NCBI GenBank assembly: GCA_902580895.1
Contig: CACHMJ010000003.1
Span: 15,362 to 79,361 of the forward strand
Source: an uncultured Pelagibacteraceae bacterium
GTDB taxonomy: Bacteria > Pseudomonadota > Alphaproteobacteria > Pelagibacterales > Pelagibacteraceae
Direction: 5' to 3'
DNA length: 64,000 nt
Shown piece after piece: positions 37,885 through 48,108 of this stretch; position 1 is the stretch's first letter; each line of letters starts with the position of its first letter. Position numbers and translations under genes: made by a program. The notes below the pieces were generated by a model. That model saw nothing but the letters and a program-made list of their open reading frames with translations. It was not told where the DNA came from and did not search any database.

Positions 37885-38760
37885 TTGAAATATTTATCAA
37901 ATAAAAATGGATTTTTAGGAGTCGACAATAAATTTGATTTCAAAGAAAAGGTTGTTGTGGTTCCATTTGGACTTGAGAAAACTGTTAGTTATGGTGGTGG
38001 CACCAGAAACGGACCTGAAGAAATTATAAAGGCTTCTCATCAAGTGGAATTATATGATGAAGAGCTAAATTGTGAACCTTACAAAAAAATTGGGATTAAA
38101 ACATTAAAGCCCTTTAAGATTCATAGAAATATCAAAAAAGCTCTCGAGAAAATGTCAAATATTAATAAAGAAATTTTAGATAAAAGACTTTTTCCAATCA
38201 CGTTTGGAGGAGAACATTCAATTACACCCGGATGTATTTATCCATTTGTTAAAAAATACAAAAAAATTTGTCTCTTACATTTCGATGCCCATGCTGATTT
38301 AAGAAATAGTTACAATGGTGAAAAGTTCTCTCATGCATCAGCAATAAGAAGATGTTTAGACCATAAAAATATATCATTAATATCTTTTGGGATCAGAAAT
38401 ATATCAGAGAGTGAAATTCCATTTTTAAAAAAGAATAAATCAAGAATAAATATTTTTTGGGCAAAAGATAAATCAAAGTGGGATTTAACAAAATTTAAAA
38501 AACTTATAAAAAATAAGACAGTTTATTTAACATTTGATGTCGATGGTTTCGACTCAAGTATCATGCCAGCCACTGGTACTCCTGAACCTGGTGGATTATT
38601 ATGGGATGAGACACTCAATATAATTAAAATTGCTGCAAAAAATTCAAACATTGTTGGTGCTGACATCAATGAATTAGCACCTATTAAAGGTTTTAATTCA
38701 TACAACTTTCTTGTTGCAAAGCTCGCTTATAAAATACTGTCTTATAAATTTTTGATTTAA
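37885..38760 (+). CDS. speB: Agmatinase-family ureohydrolase
   Basis: GGEHS, DAHAD, SHA, DVDGFD and GTPEPGG. Confidence 0.88.
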   Translation: MKYLSNKNGFLGVDNKFDFKEKVVVVPFGLEKTVSYGGGTRNGPEEIIKASHQVELYDEELNCEPYKKIGIKTLKPFKIHRNIKKALEKMSNINKEILDKRLFPITFGGEHSITPGCIYPFVKKYKKICLLHFDAHADLRNSYNGEKFSHASAIRRCLDHKNISLISFGIRNISESEIPFLKKNKSRINIFWAKDKSKWDLTKFKKLIKNKTVYLTFDVDGFDSSIMPATGTPEPGGLLWDETLNIIKIAAKNSNIVGADINELAPIKGFNSYNFLVAKLAYKILSYKFLI

Positions 38761-39311
38761 GCTTTAATTGGCTTAAAAGTTTTTAAAAGTAATCTAAATG
38801 GTATTAACATGATCAAAGCTACTATTACTTTTACAATCAAATCTCCGAGAGAAAGTGTAACCCATGGCACGCCAGTCCCGTAAAATGATATTGAAAAAAA
38901 CAAAAATGTATCGATTGTTGAGCCAATCATTGAGGATGTTAATGGTGCAACAAACCATTCTTTTTTTCTTAATCTGTCAAATATTTGGACATCTAATAAT
39001 TGTGCAGTTAAAAATGCAATTCCAGATCCAATAGCTATACGAATAGATATTAGATCTGCAAAATCAGTAGAAAATAAGACTGTAAAACCAATTCCTAGTA
39101 CAAAGCCAAAATATACAATTTTTCTTGCAACTCTTTTTCCATAAGATCTATTAGCTAAATCTGTAATCAAAAAAGCGATCGGATAAGAGAAAGCTCCATA
39201 GGTTAAGATTTCATTTAATCCATAATAATTAATTGGAAATTGAACAAGATAATTAGAAGATAGGACAACAACACCCATCAAAAATGATAGAAATAAAAAC
39301 GATTTACTCAT
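38757..39311 (-). CDS. Queuosine precursor transporter (YhhQ/VUT family)
   Basis: SNYLV, YPIAFLITD, AQLLDVQIF and IDTFLF. Confidence 0.82.
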   Translation of the reverse strand: MSKSFLFLSFLMGVVVLSSNYLVQFPINYYGLNEILTYGAFSYPIAFLITDLANRSYGKRVARKIVYFGFVLGIGFTVLFSTDFADLISIRIAIGSGIAFLTAQLLDVQIFDRLRKKEWFVAPLTSSMIGSTIDTFLFFSISFYGTGVPWVTLSLGDLIVKVIVALIMLIPFRLLLKTFKPIKA

Positions 39312-39625
39312 TAAGCTGTTTTAGATTGTGCAGTTTTTTTTTGAAATGGAGATTTAATTAATAAGCTTTTTTTTAGTTTTTTTAATCTAGGAGATAAATT
39401 TTTATTTTTTACAGATTTTAGAAATTCATCAAAACTACCTTTTTTATCTACTGATCTAACCCCTGCATTACTCACTGTCAATTTTAAGCTTCTTTTTAAA
39501 AGTTCACTTGTAAATTTTACTTTTTTTAAATTAGGTAAGAATCTTCTTTTTGTCTTATTGTTAGCGTGACTAACATTATGACCTTTCATTGGATTTTTCC
39601 CAGTTAATTCGCATTTTTTTGTCAT
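39311..39625 (-). CDS. rpmB: 50S ribosomal protein L28
   Basis: [25 protein letters not shown]. Confidence 0.96.
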   Translation of the reverse strand: MTKKCELTGKNPMKGHNVSHANNKTKRRFLPNLKKVKFTSELLKRSLKLTVSNAGVRSVDKKGSFDEFLKSVKNKNLSPRLKKLKKSLLIKSPFQKKTAQSKTA

Positions 39626-39637
39626 AATTTGTTCGAC

Positions 39638-39666
39638 TATATAAAGTGAGATATTGATGGCGTCAA
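39638..39666 (-). promoter_or_regulatory. sigma70 promoter of rpmB
   Basis: TTGACG-N17-TATATA on the minus strand, ending 12 nt before the ATG. Confidence 0.7.
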
Positions 39667-39681
39667 GTTTATTAGATTATT

Positions 39682-40728
39682 CTAATCCTTTTTTCCTACT
39701 ATTTCATTAAAGTTTTTTACACCATCTTTTAATAGTATTTCCTTTAGTTCTTTTTTAATTAGACCAACAATATTTGGACCTCTAAAAACCATGCCTGTAT
39801 AAAGTTGTAAATAATCAGCTCCTGCTAAAAATTTTTGATAAGCAGATTTGCCAGAGTCCACACCACCTACGCCTATAATTTTGATTCTGCCTTTTAAAAC
39901 TTTATAAAATTTTCTGATTAACTCTGAAGACTTTAACTCAATAGGTTTCCCAGATAATCCTCCTTTTTGATGGCTTTGAATATTTTGTAAATTTTCTCTT
40001 GTTGTATCAGATGTGTTAGAAATAATAGCAGCTTCTATCTTGTTATCTAAGAGCACTTCAGAAATTTTCATAATTTCTTTATCATTAATATCTGGTGATA
40101 CTTTTACCGCTATAGGTGTTTTAGAGTTAAGATCTCTCTTCTCTTTTTCTATTAGTTTTAAAAGATCATCTAATTTTTTTTGATCATGAAAGTTTCTTAA
40201 ATCTTCGGTGTTTGGTGAGGAAATATTAATAGTAATATAATCAGAGACCCCATTAAACATTTTTAAACACTGTATATAGTCATTTGTTCTATCTTCTGAG
40301 TCTTTATTAGGTCCAATATTTATTCCAAGTAATCCAGTTGGATTATTTCTTTTAATTCGATCTACAATATTTTTTGAACCTAGATTATTGAAACCAAGTC
40401 TATTTATCAGGGCCTCATCTTCTACTAGTCTAAAAACTCTAGGTTTGGGATTTCCGTATTGTTCTAATGGTGTAACAGTTCCTACTTCGACGAAACCAAA
40501 CCCTAAATTGAACAACGAATTATACACCTCGGCATTCTTATCAAATCCTGCTGCCATACCGATTGGATTTTCTATTTCTTTATTAAATAATTTAGTCTTA
40601 AAAAGAGGATTATTTTTTTCGTCATCTAAAATATTTGGAATAAAATTAAATTTTAGTGACTTTATCGCCAAACTATGAGCCGTCTCGGGATCTAATTTAA
40701 AAATTAAAGATCTTAAATTTGAAAACAT
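39682..40728 (-). CDS. pyrD: Quinone-dependent dihydroorotate dehydrogenase
   Basis: AAGFDKN, NRLGFN, NISSPNT and GGLSG. Confidence 0.95.
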   Translation of the reverse strand: MFSNLRSLIFKLDPETAHSLAIKSLKFNFIPNILDDEKNNPLFKTKLFNKEIENPIGMAAGFDKNAEVYNSLFNLGFGFVEVGTVTPLEQYGNPKPRVFRLVEDEALINRLGFNNLGSKNIVDRIKRNNPTGLLGINIGPNKDSEDRTNDYIQCLKMFNGVSDYITINISSPNTEDLRNFHDQKKLDDLLKLIEKEKRDLNSKTPIAVKVSPDINDKEIMKISEVLLDNKIEAAIISNTSDTTRENLQNIQSHQKGGLSGKPIELKSSELIRKFYKVLKGRIKIIGVGGVDSGKSAYQKFLAGADYLQLYTGMVFRGPNIVGLIKKELKEILLKDGVKNFNEIVGKKD

Positions 40729-42290
40729 TATTTAATTTTATTTAATATAAGATCTTTTGTTTCTTTCACACCAAAAAAACTTATAAAAAAACCCATCCTT
40801 GGTCCATTTTCGTCTCCAAAAACTACTTCGTAAATTAATTTAAACCAATCTCGAAGGTTCTCAGTGTATCCATTTTCTTTACCAGTTGAATATATCATTG
40901 TTTGAATATCTTCTGGTTTCATTTTATCGTCACATTTATCTAAAGTTTTTACTAGAGCTTCTAAAGCTTTTTTTTCTTCACCATTAGGTTTTTTATATTT
41001 TTTTTTCAATTTTATTACGTCGTTAAAATATTTTATTGCATAGCCTACTAAATTATCAAAGATAGGATTTTCTTTCTCTGAAATGTCTTTTTTATATTTT
41101 TTAACAAATTTCCAAAGAAGTTCTTTGCTATCAGCATTACTTGTTTCGACCAAGTTTAATAACATTGAAAACGACATAATCATATTTTCTTTAGGCACCA
41201 AACTATTATGAACATGCCATACAGGATTCATAAGTAGCTGTAACTCATTTTGATTTTTTGCTTTCTCAATCAGATCCAAATAATCATCGACAGTTTTTGA
41301 AACTATTTCTTTGTAAAGTTTTTTTGCTCTTTTTGGATTTTGATACATATACAGCGACAAACTTTCAGGAGAAGCATACTCTAACCATTGATCAATAGTG
41401 ATGCCGTTTCCCTTTGATTTTGAAATCTTCTCTCCTTTTTCATCCAAAAATAGTTCATATGCAAACCCTGAGGGATTTGTTTTTCCAATCAATTTGATAA
41501 TTTTTGTTGAAAGTATTGCGCTCTCTATAAGATCTTTTCCATACATTTCAAAATCAACATCTAGTGCATACCATCTCATAGCCCAATCAACTTTCCACTG
41601 TAATTTACAATTTCCATCATAAATGCTTGTTTCCAAATCTTTTCCATTATTATCAAAAACAATAATAGATTTTTCTTTATTAATATTTTTTACAGGTATT
41701 TCTAGAACATGACCTGTAACCGGACAAATTGGAAGAAATGGACTGTACGTTTTTTGTCTCTCTTTTCCTAGTGTAGGAAGTATTATATTCATTATACCAT
41801 CATAATTCTCTAAAATAACTTGGAGAGAAGAGTTAAAAAAACCAGATTTATAAAGTGAGGTTGAACTTTTAAAATTATATTTAAATTTAAAATTGTTTAA
41901 AAATTTTTTTAACATTTCATTATTATGCTCACCAAAACTATTAAATTTTTGAAAGGGATCGGGCACATTAGTAAGCGGTTTGTGTAAATTTTTTTCTAAT
42001 AATTCTTTTTGTGGAACGTTGTCAGGTACTTTTCTAAGACCGTCCATATCATCTGAAAAAGTAATGATTTCAGTTGGTAAATCAGTCAAATGTTTTAGTG
42101 CATTTACAATCATTGATGTCCTTGCAACTTCTCCAAAAGTTCCTATATGTGGAAGGCCACTAGGACCATAACCTGTTTGGAGAATTATTTTGCCTTTTTT
42201 TTCTATAAAAGATTTTCTTTCTCGAAGCATTTTTTTTGCTTCAACGAAAGGCCATGCACTTGTTTTATCAAAATTCTCTTTTTTAATCAT
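40728..42290 (-). CDS. lysS: Lysine--tRNA ligase, class I
   Basis: PSGLPHIG, WKVDW, KISKSKGN and GPRMG. Confidence 0.95.
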   Translation of the reverse strand: MIKKENFDKTSAWPFVEAKKMLRERKSFIEKKGKIILQTGYGPSGLPHIGTFGEVARTSMIVNALKHLTDLPTEIITFSDDMDGLRKVPDNVPQKELLEKNLHKPLTNVPDPFQKFNSFGEHNNEMLKKFLNNFKFKYNFKSSTSLYKSGFFNSSLQVILENYDGIMNIILPTLGKERQKTYSPFLPICPVTGHVLEIPVKNINKEKSIIVFDNNGKDLETSIYDGNCKLQWKVDWAMRWYALDVDFEMYGKDLIESAILSTKIIKLIGKTNPSGFAYELFLDEKGEKISKSKGNGITIDQWLEYASPESLSLYMYQNPKRAKKLYKEIVSKTVDDYLDLIEKAKNQNELQLLMNPVWHVHNSLVPKENMIMSFSMLLNLVETSNADSKELLWKFVKKYKKDISEKENPIFDNLVGYAIKYFNDVIKLKKKYKKPNGEEKKALEALVKTLDKCDDKMKPEDIQTMIYSTGKENGYTENLRDWFKLIYEVVFGDENGPRMGFFISFFGVKETKDLILNKIK

Positions 42291-42378
42291 GATTAATTCA
42301 AATAAAATCTTAAATTAACGCTTTAACTCATTCTTATAGAGTTGAAATTTATTTACCATAAAATAATGTTCTATCAAA

Positions 42379-43818
42379 ATGTCTAATTATAAAACTGTTT
42401 TTTTTACACTTGGAATTCTTCAAATAATTCTTGGAATTTTTATGTTGATCCCAATATTTGTTCAATTTTTTTTTAAAGAAATTGACTCCTCTTTTTTTGG
42501 TGCCTCAATTATTACAATTATTTTTGGTACGCTATTTTTTTTATCTAATCTTGATCATGATAAAAAGTTAAATTTACAGCAAGCTTTTTTATTGACCGCG
42601 TTATCTTGGCTAAGTATCGCAATTTTTGGCTCACTTCCTTTAATATTTTCTGAAGTCAATTTTTCTTTTACCAATGCATTTTTTGAGAGTATGTCAGGCA
42701 TTACAACAACTGGTTCAACAATCATTCCAAATTTAGAGGAGATGCCCAAAGCAATTTTGCTTTGGAGAGCAATTCTACAATGGTTGGGTGGTATTGGAAT
42801 AATTGTTATGGCGATCACTTTGATGCCAATAATGAATGTTGGTGGTATGCAATTATTCAAAATTTCTAACAGTGACTCATCGGAAAAAATTCTTCCTAAA
42901 TCAAAAGAAATTGCATTGAGATTAATTTATATTTATTCAGTTCTCACTACTCTTTGCGCAATATCATATAAAATTCTTGGGATGAATACTTTTGATAGTA
43001 TAACCCATTCTATGACAACAATAGCAACTGGGGGGTTTTCAAACTATAACGAGTCCATTGGTTTCTTTAACAGTTTTTCAATAGAAATTTCAGCAATGAT
43101 TTTTATTATCTTGGGAAGTTTACCTTTTATCGCTTATATCAAATTCCTAAACGGTAATAGAAGAATATTTTTTTCAGATATTCAAATAAGAACTTTTTTG
43201 AAAATAATTTTAATAAGTATTCTGATCTTATCAATTTATCTGTTTTTAGACAAATCGTCTGAACTAAACTTCAGAACAGTTTTATTCAATGTAATATCAA
43301 TTTTAACAGGAACTGGATATGTAAATGCACAATTTGATAACTGGGGTGGATTTCCATTAATTATATTTATAGGTCTAATGTTTATTGGTGGATGTGCTGG
43401 CTCAACAACCTGTGGTATAAAGATATTTAGATTTCAAATACTTTATTCATTTGTTTTGAATCAACTTAAAAAAATTATTTATCCTAAGGGAATTTTTGTT
43501 CTAAAATATAATCAAAGTCCTGTTGATGATAAATTTACTGCATCAATTATCTCCTTCATTTATATGTACCTGGTTATTTTTTTTGCAATTACAGCATTAT
43601 TATCTTTGACAGGTCTTGACTTTATTACCTCAATTTCTGGAGCTGCAACATCTATTTCAAATGTAGGACCTGGCCTAGGTTCAACTATTGGGCCAAACGG
43701 AAATTTTTCATCCCTACCTGATATCTCTAAGTGGATTTTAAGCTTTGGTATGATTTTGGGTAGATTGGAATTATTTGCAATCCTTGTATTATTTTTACCA
43801 TCTTTTTGGAGGAACTAA
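42379..43818 (+). CDS. trkH: Trk potassium uptake membrane protein
   Basis: Four pore loops (SGITTTG, IATGG, TGTG, SNVGPG) and GRLE. Confidence 0.93.
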   Translation: MSNYKTVFFTLGILQIILGIFMLIPIFVQFFFKEIDSSFFGASIITIIFGTLFFLSNLDHDKKLNLQQAFLLTALSWLSIAIFGSLPLIFSEVNFSFTNAFFESMSGITTTGSTIIPNLEEMPKAILLWRAILQWLGGIGIIVMAITLMPIMNVGGMQLFKISNSDSSEKILPKSKEIALRLIYIYSVLTTLCAISYKILGMNTFDSITHSMTTIATGGFSNYNESIGFFNSFSIEISAMIFIILGSLPFIAYIKFLNGNRRIFFSDIQIRTFLKIILISILILSIYLFLDKSSELNFRTVLFNVISILTGTGYVNAQFDNWGGFPLIIFIGLMFIGGCAGSTTCGIKIFRFQILYSFVLNQLKKIIYPKGIFVLKYNQSPVDDKFTASIISFIYMYLVIFFAITALLSLTGLDFITSISGAATSISNVGPGLGSTIGPNGNFSSLPDISKWILSFGMILGRLELFAILVLFLPSFWRN

Positions 43819-43820
43819 AT

Positions 43821-45197
43821 TTGATAGAAATTAAAAAAAATTCTTTGTCTGAAATGTTCTCGGTTTATTTTGACAAGAGAATGCTCAAAATTTTATTGCT
43901 TGGTGCAATATCAGGTTTTCCATGGGTTTTGATTGGAAGTAGTCTAAGTTTATGGTTGAAAGAAGATGGACTAAGTAGATCAACTGTTGGATGGGCTGGA
44001 TTAATTTTTGCAGTTTACGCATTTAATTATTTATGGGCACCTTTAATAGATAGAATACAAATACCATATTTAACAAAAAAAATAGGTCACAGAAGAGGAT
44101 GGATTGTTTTGATGCAAATTATCATCTTACTCTCACTTGCTCTTTGGAGTTTACTCGATCCATCTGAAAATTTAGCTTTAGTTGTTTCAGTAGGATTAAT
44201 AATTGCTATAGCATCATCAACTCAAGATATAACAGTTGATGCTTTAAGAATTGAACAGATTGGTGAAAATGAGGGAAAATCCATGGCTGCTGGAGCTGCA
44301 ATGGCGGTTGTCGGTTGGTGGACAGGATACAAGTTAGGTGGAGTACTATCATTATTTGCAGCAGATATTCTACAAAACATTGGTTTTGAAAATTATTGGC
44401 AACTAACTTTCTTAATTTTGGGGATTTTAGTAATTTTAATGAACATTGGCTTAATGTTCATTGACGAGTCTGGAAATTTAGAGAGACAAAATCAACAAAA
44501 AGAAAATGACAAATTAATATCATCTCAATTTAAAAAAGAAAATATATTTACAAAATTGATAACCTGGGTTGCTGGAACAATTAGTGGTCCAATCATTAGT
44601 TTTTTTAAAAAAAATGGCTTTTCAATTGCTATAGGAATTTTAGGATTTGTTTTTTTATTTAAAGTGGGGGAGGCATTTCTTGGAAGGATGTCTATAATTT
44701 TTTATAAAGAAATAGGTTTTAGTAAGTCAGATATCGCTATTTACTCTAAAACGTTAGGTTGGATCACTACTGTGACGTTTACTCTTTTAGGTGGACTTTT
44801 TGTAATAAGATCCGGGGTTTTAAAAGCAATGTTTTTTGCTGGAGTAATGATGGCAAGTACAAACCTTTTATTTAGTGTGTTGGCCTGGAGCGATAAATCA
44901 GAATTTTTATTTGCTATTGCAGTTATTTTTGACGATATAGCTGCTGCATTTGCAACAGTAGCTTTTGTAGCCTTTATATCTATGCTCGTAGACAGAGCCT
45001 ATACAGCAACTCAATATGCGCTTTTAGCATCGATAGGCACCGCTGGTAGAACAACTTTAGCCTCCTCCTCTGGCGCCCTTGTTGATTCGTTAAATGGTGA
45101 TTGGGGAATATTTTTTATTTTAACTGCGTTAATGGTCATTCCTTCATTAATAATCCTATGGATTATGAAAAATAAACTACAACTAAGTGAAAAATAA
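43821..45197 (+). CDS. ampG: AmpG-like muropeptide MFS permease
   Basis: SGFP, WAPLID, RRGW, SSTQDI..DA and ATQYALL; TTG start 8 nt after GGAGG. Confidence 0.85.
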   Translation: MIEIKKNSLSEMFSVYFDKRMLKILLLGAISGFPWVLIGSSLSLWLKEDGLSRSTVGWAGLIFAVYAFNYLWAPLIDRIQIPYLTKKIGHRRGWIVLMQIIILLSLALWSLLDPSENLALVVSVGLIIAIASSTQDITVDALRIEQIGENEGKSMAAGAAMAVVGWWTGYKLGGVLSLFAADILQNIGFENYWQLTFLILGILVILMNIGLMFIDESGNLERQNQQKENDKLISSQFKKENIFTKLITWVAGTISGPIISFFKKNGFSIAIGILGFVFLFKVGEAFLGRMSIIFYKEIGFSKSDIAIYSKTLGWITTVTFTLLGGLFVIRSGVLKAMFFAGVMMASTNLLFSVLAWSDKSEFLFAIAVIFDDIAAAFATVAFVAFISMLVDRAYTATQYALLASIGTAGRTTLASSSGALVDSLNGDWGIFFILTALMVIPSLIILWIMKNKLQLSEK

Positions 45198-45939
45198 TTT
45201 TTTAAATAAATCTGTAGCTAACGTTTACTTTAAACCATCTTCTAATTCTGAGGTAGTTTCGCAAATTCTATATGGAGAGAAATTTAAGATTTTATTGAAA
45301 AGAAAAAAATATTTTAAAATAAAAACTCATTATGACAATTATATTGGATATATAAAAAAAGATAAGTTTTTAGAAAATTTTATACCCTCACATAAAGTTT
45401 CAAAGATTAAATCTAGAATTTTCTTTAAAAAAGATAAAAAATTTTTATCTTCAAATCATTATCTATATTATGGATCCGGAGTATGTATAAGAAATGAAAA
45501 TAAGAAATATATTGAATTTGAAAAAAATAAATGGATCAAAAAAAGTGATATCAAAAATATTGATCATTATGAAAAAAATTATATCAAAGTATTCAAATTC
45601 TTTTTAAACACAAAATACTTATGGGGCGGAAAAACCTGTGTTGGTATCGATTGTTCAGCGTTAATTCAAATTTATTTTTATTACAACAGAATATTTTTTC
45701 CGAGAGATACAAAAGACCAAATAAGATTTTGTAAAAGAAAAAGAGGTAAAAATCGACTTAAAGGAGATATCTTATTTTGGAAAGGACATGTTGGTATATG
45801 TCTTAATAAGTCTAGATTTATCCATGCTTATGGACCAAAAAAAAAGGTGGTAATAATGCCAACAATACAAACGATAAAATTAATTGATAAAACAGCAAAT
45901 TTAAAAGTTAAAAAAGTAAGTAATATTTGTAATATTTAA
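45187..45939 (+). CDS. SH3b + NlpC/P60 peptidase (YkfC-like)
   Basis: YLWGG, DCSAL, PRD, GHVG and FIHA; no signal peptide. Confidence 0.85.
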   Translation: MKNNFLNKSVANVYFKPSSNSEVVSQILYGEKFKILLKRKKYFKIKTHYDNYIGYIKKDKFLENFIPSHKVSKIKSRIFFKKDKKFLSSNHYLYYGSGVCIRNENKKYIEFEKNKWIKKSDIKNIDHYEKNYIKVFKFFLNTKYLWGGKTCVGIDCSALIQIYFYYNRIFFPRDTKDQIRFCKRKRGKNRLKGDILFWKGHVGICLNKSRFIHAYGPKKKVVIMPTIQTIKLIDKTANLKVKKVSNICNI

Positions 45940-46832
45940 TCTCTGCCAAAGTCAGGTTTGTTAACATCCTGCTTTAATTTAATAATTTTAGACCTAACTT
46001 TTTTTGTCTGAGATAATTTTTTTAAAATCGATTTATTATTTTTGGAATTTATATCTTTTTTAAAAGATTTTAAGTTTTTGATAAATAAATCTATTGCTTT
46101 TGTAACATTAACTTTGTTATCAAAAAAAATATCTCTCCACATAATTTCATTTGAAGCAGCTATTCTTGAAAAATCTCTCAACCCACCGGCACTGTATTTA
46201 ATAAGACCAAATTTGAGTATTTTTTCAAAATCTTGAGCCGATTTAACCAAATTGTAAGCAATTAAATGTGGTAAATGACTTGTGATAGAAAAAACTTTGT
46301 CATGTTTTTCAGAGTTCATAATAACAGTTTTTGAACCCATCTTTTTCCAAAAAGAACTTAAAAATTTTAAATTCTTAGAACTTGTTTTTTTGTCCTTAAT
46401 TAACACACACCATTTATCCTCAAACATATCAGCTTTTCCAAATTCTGGTCCACTCACTTCTGATCCAGCGATAGGGTGACTCCTTATCCAATTTATACCA
46501 ACCTTCAAAAATTTTTTAATAATTTTTGATGACTCTATTTTTGAAGATCCAACATCAGTAATCAGTGTCTTTGGCAAAATATTTTTATTAATTTTGAGAA
46601 TGAGTTTTTTATATTCACCAGTTGATGTGCAAACAATTACTAGATTTGAATTTACCAAACCATCTTTAAGTGACTTAACAATTGTTCCAGGTAATTTGAG
46701 TCTTTTTATTTTAGTGATATTAGATTTTGATTTTTCATAGATAAATATTTTTTTTGCTATTTTTTTTTTTGAAATCTTCCTTACTAAAGAAGAGCCTAAT
46801 AATCCACAGCCTATTATTAATACATTTCTCAT
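45936..46832 (-). CDS. tyrC: Prephenate/arogenate (cyclohexadienyl) dehydrogenase
   Basis: GCGLLG, DVGS, HPIAG, HD...SHLPH and RDFSRIA. Confidence 0.88.
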   Translation of the reverse strand: MRNVLIIGCGLLGSSLVRKISKKKIAKKIFIYEKSKSNITKIKRLKLPGTIVKSLKDGLVNSNLVIVCTSTGEYKKLILKINKNILPKTLITDVGSSKIESSKIIKKFLKVGINWIRSHPIAGSEVSGPEFGKADMFEDKWCVLIKDKKTSSKNLKFLSSFWKKMGSKTVIMNSEKHDKVFSITSHLPHLIAYNLVKSAQDFEKILKFGLIKYSAGGLRDFSRIAASNEIMWRDIFFDNKVNVTKAIDLFIKNLKSFKKDINSKNNKSILKKLSQTKKVRSKIIKLKQDVNKPDFGRD

Positions 46833-47914
46833 TTTCTAAATATATTTTGTGTTGCTTTAATAAATTTTATATTCTCCTCTTTAGACCCAATCGTTAATCG
46901 TAGCATATTTTTTATTTTATAACCTTCTTCAGTAGATCTTAAAATAATTCCCTTTTTTTTTAATTTTTCATAGAAACTATTAGCTCTTAGTTTGCATTTA
47001 TTAAAATTCAATAATAGAAAGTTAGCAGAAACTTTGTTTGAGCTAATATCATAATTGTTCAAAAATTTTTTCAGTTTTGATGCATAAAAATAATTATGTT
47101 TCACTGAACGTGAAATAAATTTTTTATCCTTAAGTGACTCAATTGCTGCCTTTTGGGCTACTTCATTAACATTGAATGGAGGTTTAATAACATTCAAAGC
47201 ATCAATAATTTTTTTTGAACCATATCCCCAACCAATTCTTAGGGATGATAGTCCATAGATTTTTGAGAATGTCCTTAATATAAAAACATTCTGCTTATTT
47301 TTGAATAAATCTAAACCAGATTTATAGTCTTTATTTTGCATGTACTCTGCATAAGCATCATCTACAACAAGCAAGATATTTTTTCTTAATCTTTTTCTTA
47401 AATCAATTAATTCAAAATTGTTCAAGTAAGTGCCAGTTGGATTATTTGGATTAGCAAGAAATACCATTTTAGTTTTATTACTTACTTTTTTAATTATTTC
47501 AGAAACAGAAACTTTAAAATTTTTTTCTTTGGCAAAAACAACTTTTGCTCCAACTATTTTTGCATATATTCTGTACATTAAAAAACTAAATTGAGGAAGA
47601 ATTACTTCATCTTTTGGTTTAAGGAAAAGTTGGCATAACATTTGAATAACTTCGTCTGAACCAGCTCCACAAATTACTTTTTCTTTGTCACAACTAAATT
47701 TTTTTGAGATCTGACTTCGTAATTTTTTAGACTTTCCATCAGGATATCTGAAAAGACTTAATTTTTTATTTGATATTGCCCTCTTGGCCCTGATACTTAC
47801 TCCTAGAGCTGATTCATTTGCCGAAAGTTTAATGATTTTGTTAAAACTCTTAATAGTTGATTTGCCAGGTTGATAAGCCTCGATATTAAATCTTTTAAAT
47901 TTTATAGTTGTCAT
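46829..47914 (-). CDS. hisC: Histidinol-phosphate aminotransferase
   Basis: LSANE, YPD, NPNNPTG, DDAY and RTFSK. Confidence 0.92.
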   Translation of the reverse strand: MTTIKFKRFNIEAYQPGKSTIKSFNKIIKLSANESALGVSIRAKRAISNKKLSLFRYPDGKSKKLRSQISKKFSCDKEKVICGAGSDEVIQMLCQLFLKPKDEVILPQFSFLMYRIYAKIVGAKVVFAKEKNFKVSVSEIIKKVSNKTKMVFLANPNNPTGTYLNNFELIDLRKRLRKNILLVVDDAYAEYMQNKDYKSGLDLFKNKQNVFILRTFSKIYGLSSLRIGWGYGSKKIIDALNVIKPPFNVNEVAQKAAIESLKDKKFISRSVKHNYFYASKLKKFLNNYDISSNKVSANFLLLNFNKCKLRANSFYEKLKKKGIILRSTEEGYKIKNMLRLTIGSKEENIKFIKATQNIFRK

Positions 47915-47986
47915 CTTTTAAATTTTAGCCTCTTTATAAATAAAATAACAATTTTTCATATAGAATTAGTTCAAATATTTTAAAAA

Positions 47987-48015
47987 TTGACATACTAAAT
48001 AACATCTTGTACAAA
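47987..48015 (+). promoter_or_regulatory. sigma70 promoter of metX
   Basis: TTGACA-N17-TACAAA; the predicted start (~48021-48022) coincides with the riboswitch 5' end. Confidence 0.75.
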
Positions 48016-48020
48016 ATTTA

Positions 48021-48070
48021 TGCGCTGATTTACCTGAATTGCGAGCGCTTTAAAAAAACCGCTAAAAAAG
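48021..48070 (+). ncRNA. SAM-II riboswitch aptamer
   Basis: GCGCT-GATTT-ACCTGAA-TTGCG-AGCGC...CGCTAAAAAAG. P1 is GCGCT/AGCGC, with conserved GAUUU, UUGC and GCUAAA pseudoknot elements; sits upstream of metX. Confidence 0.9.
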
Positions 48071-48108
48071 TTTTTTTTCTCACAATTCAATAATTAGCAT
48101 TAATAATT

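Noticed and set aside
39300-39330. Possible preQ1 riboswitch before the queuosine precursor transporter
   Set aside because: The gene start overlaps the rpmB stop codon; there is no leader and no motif.
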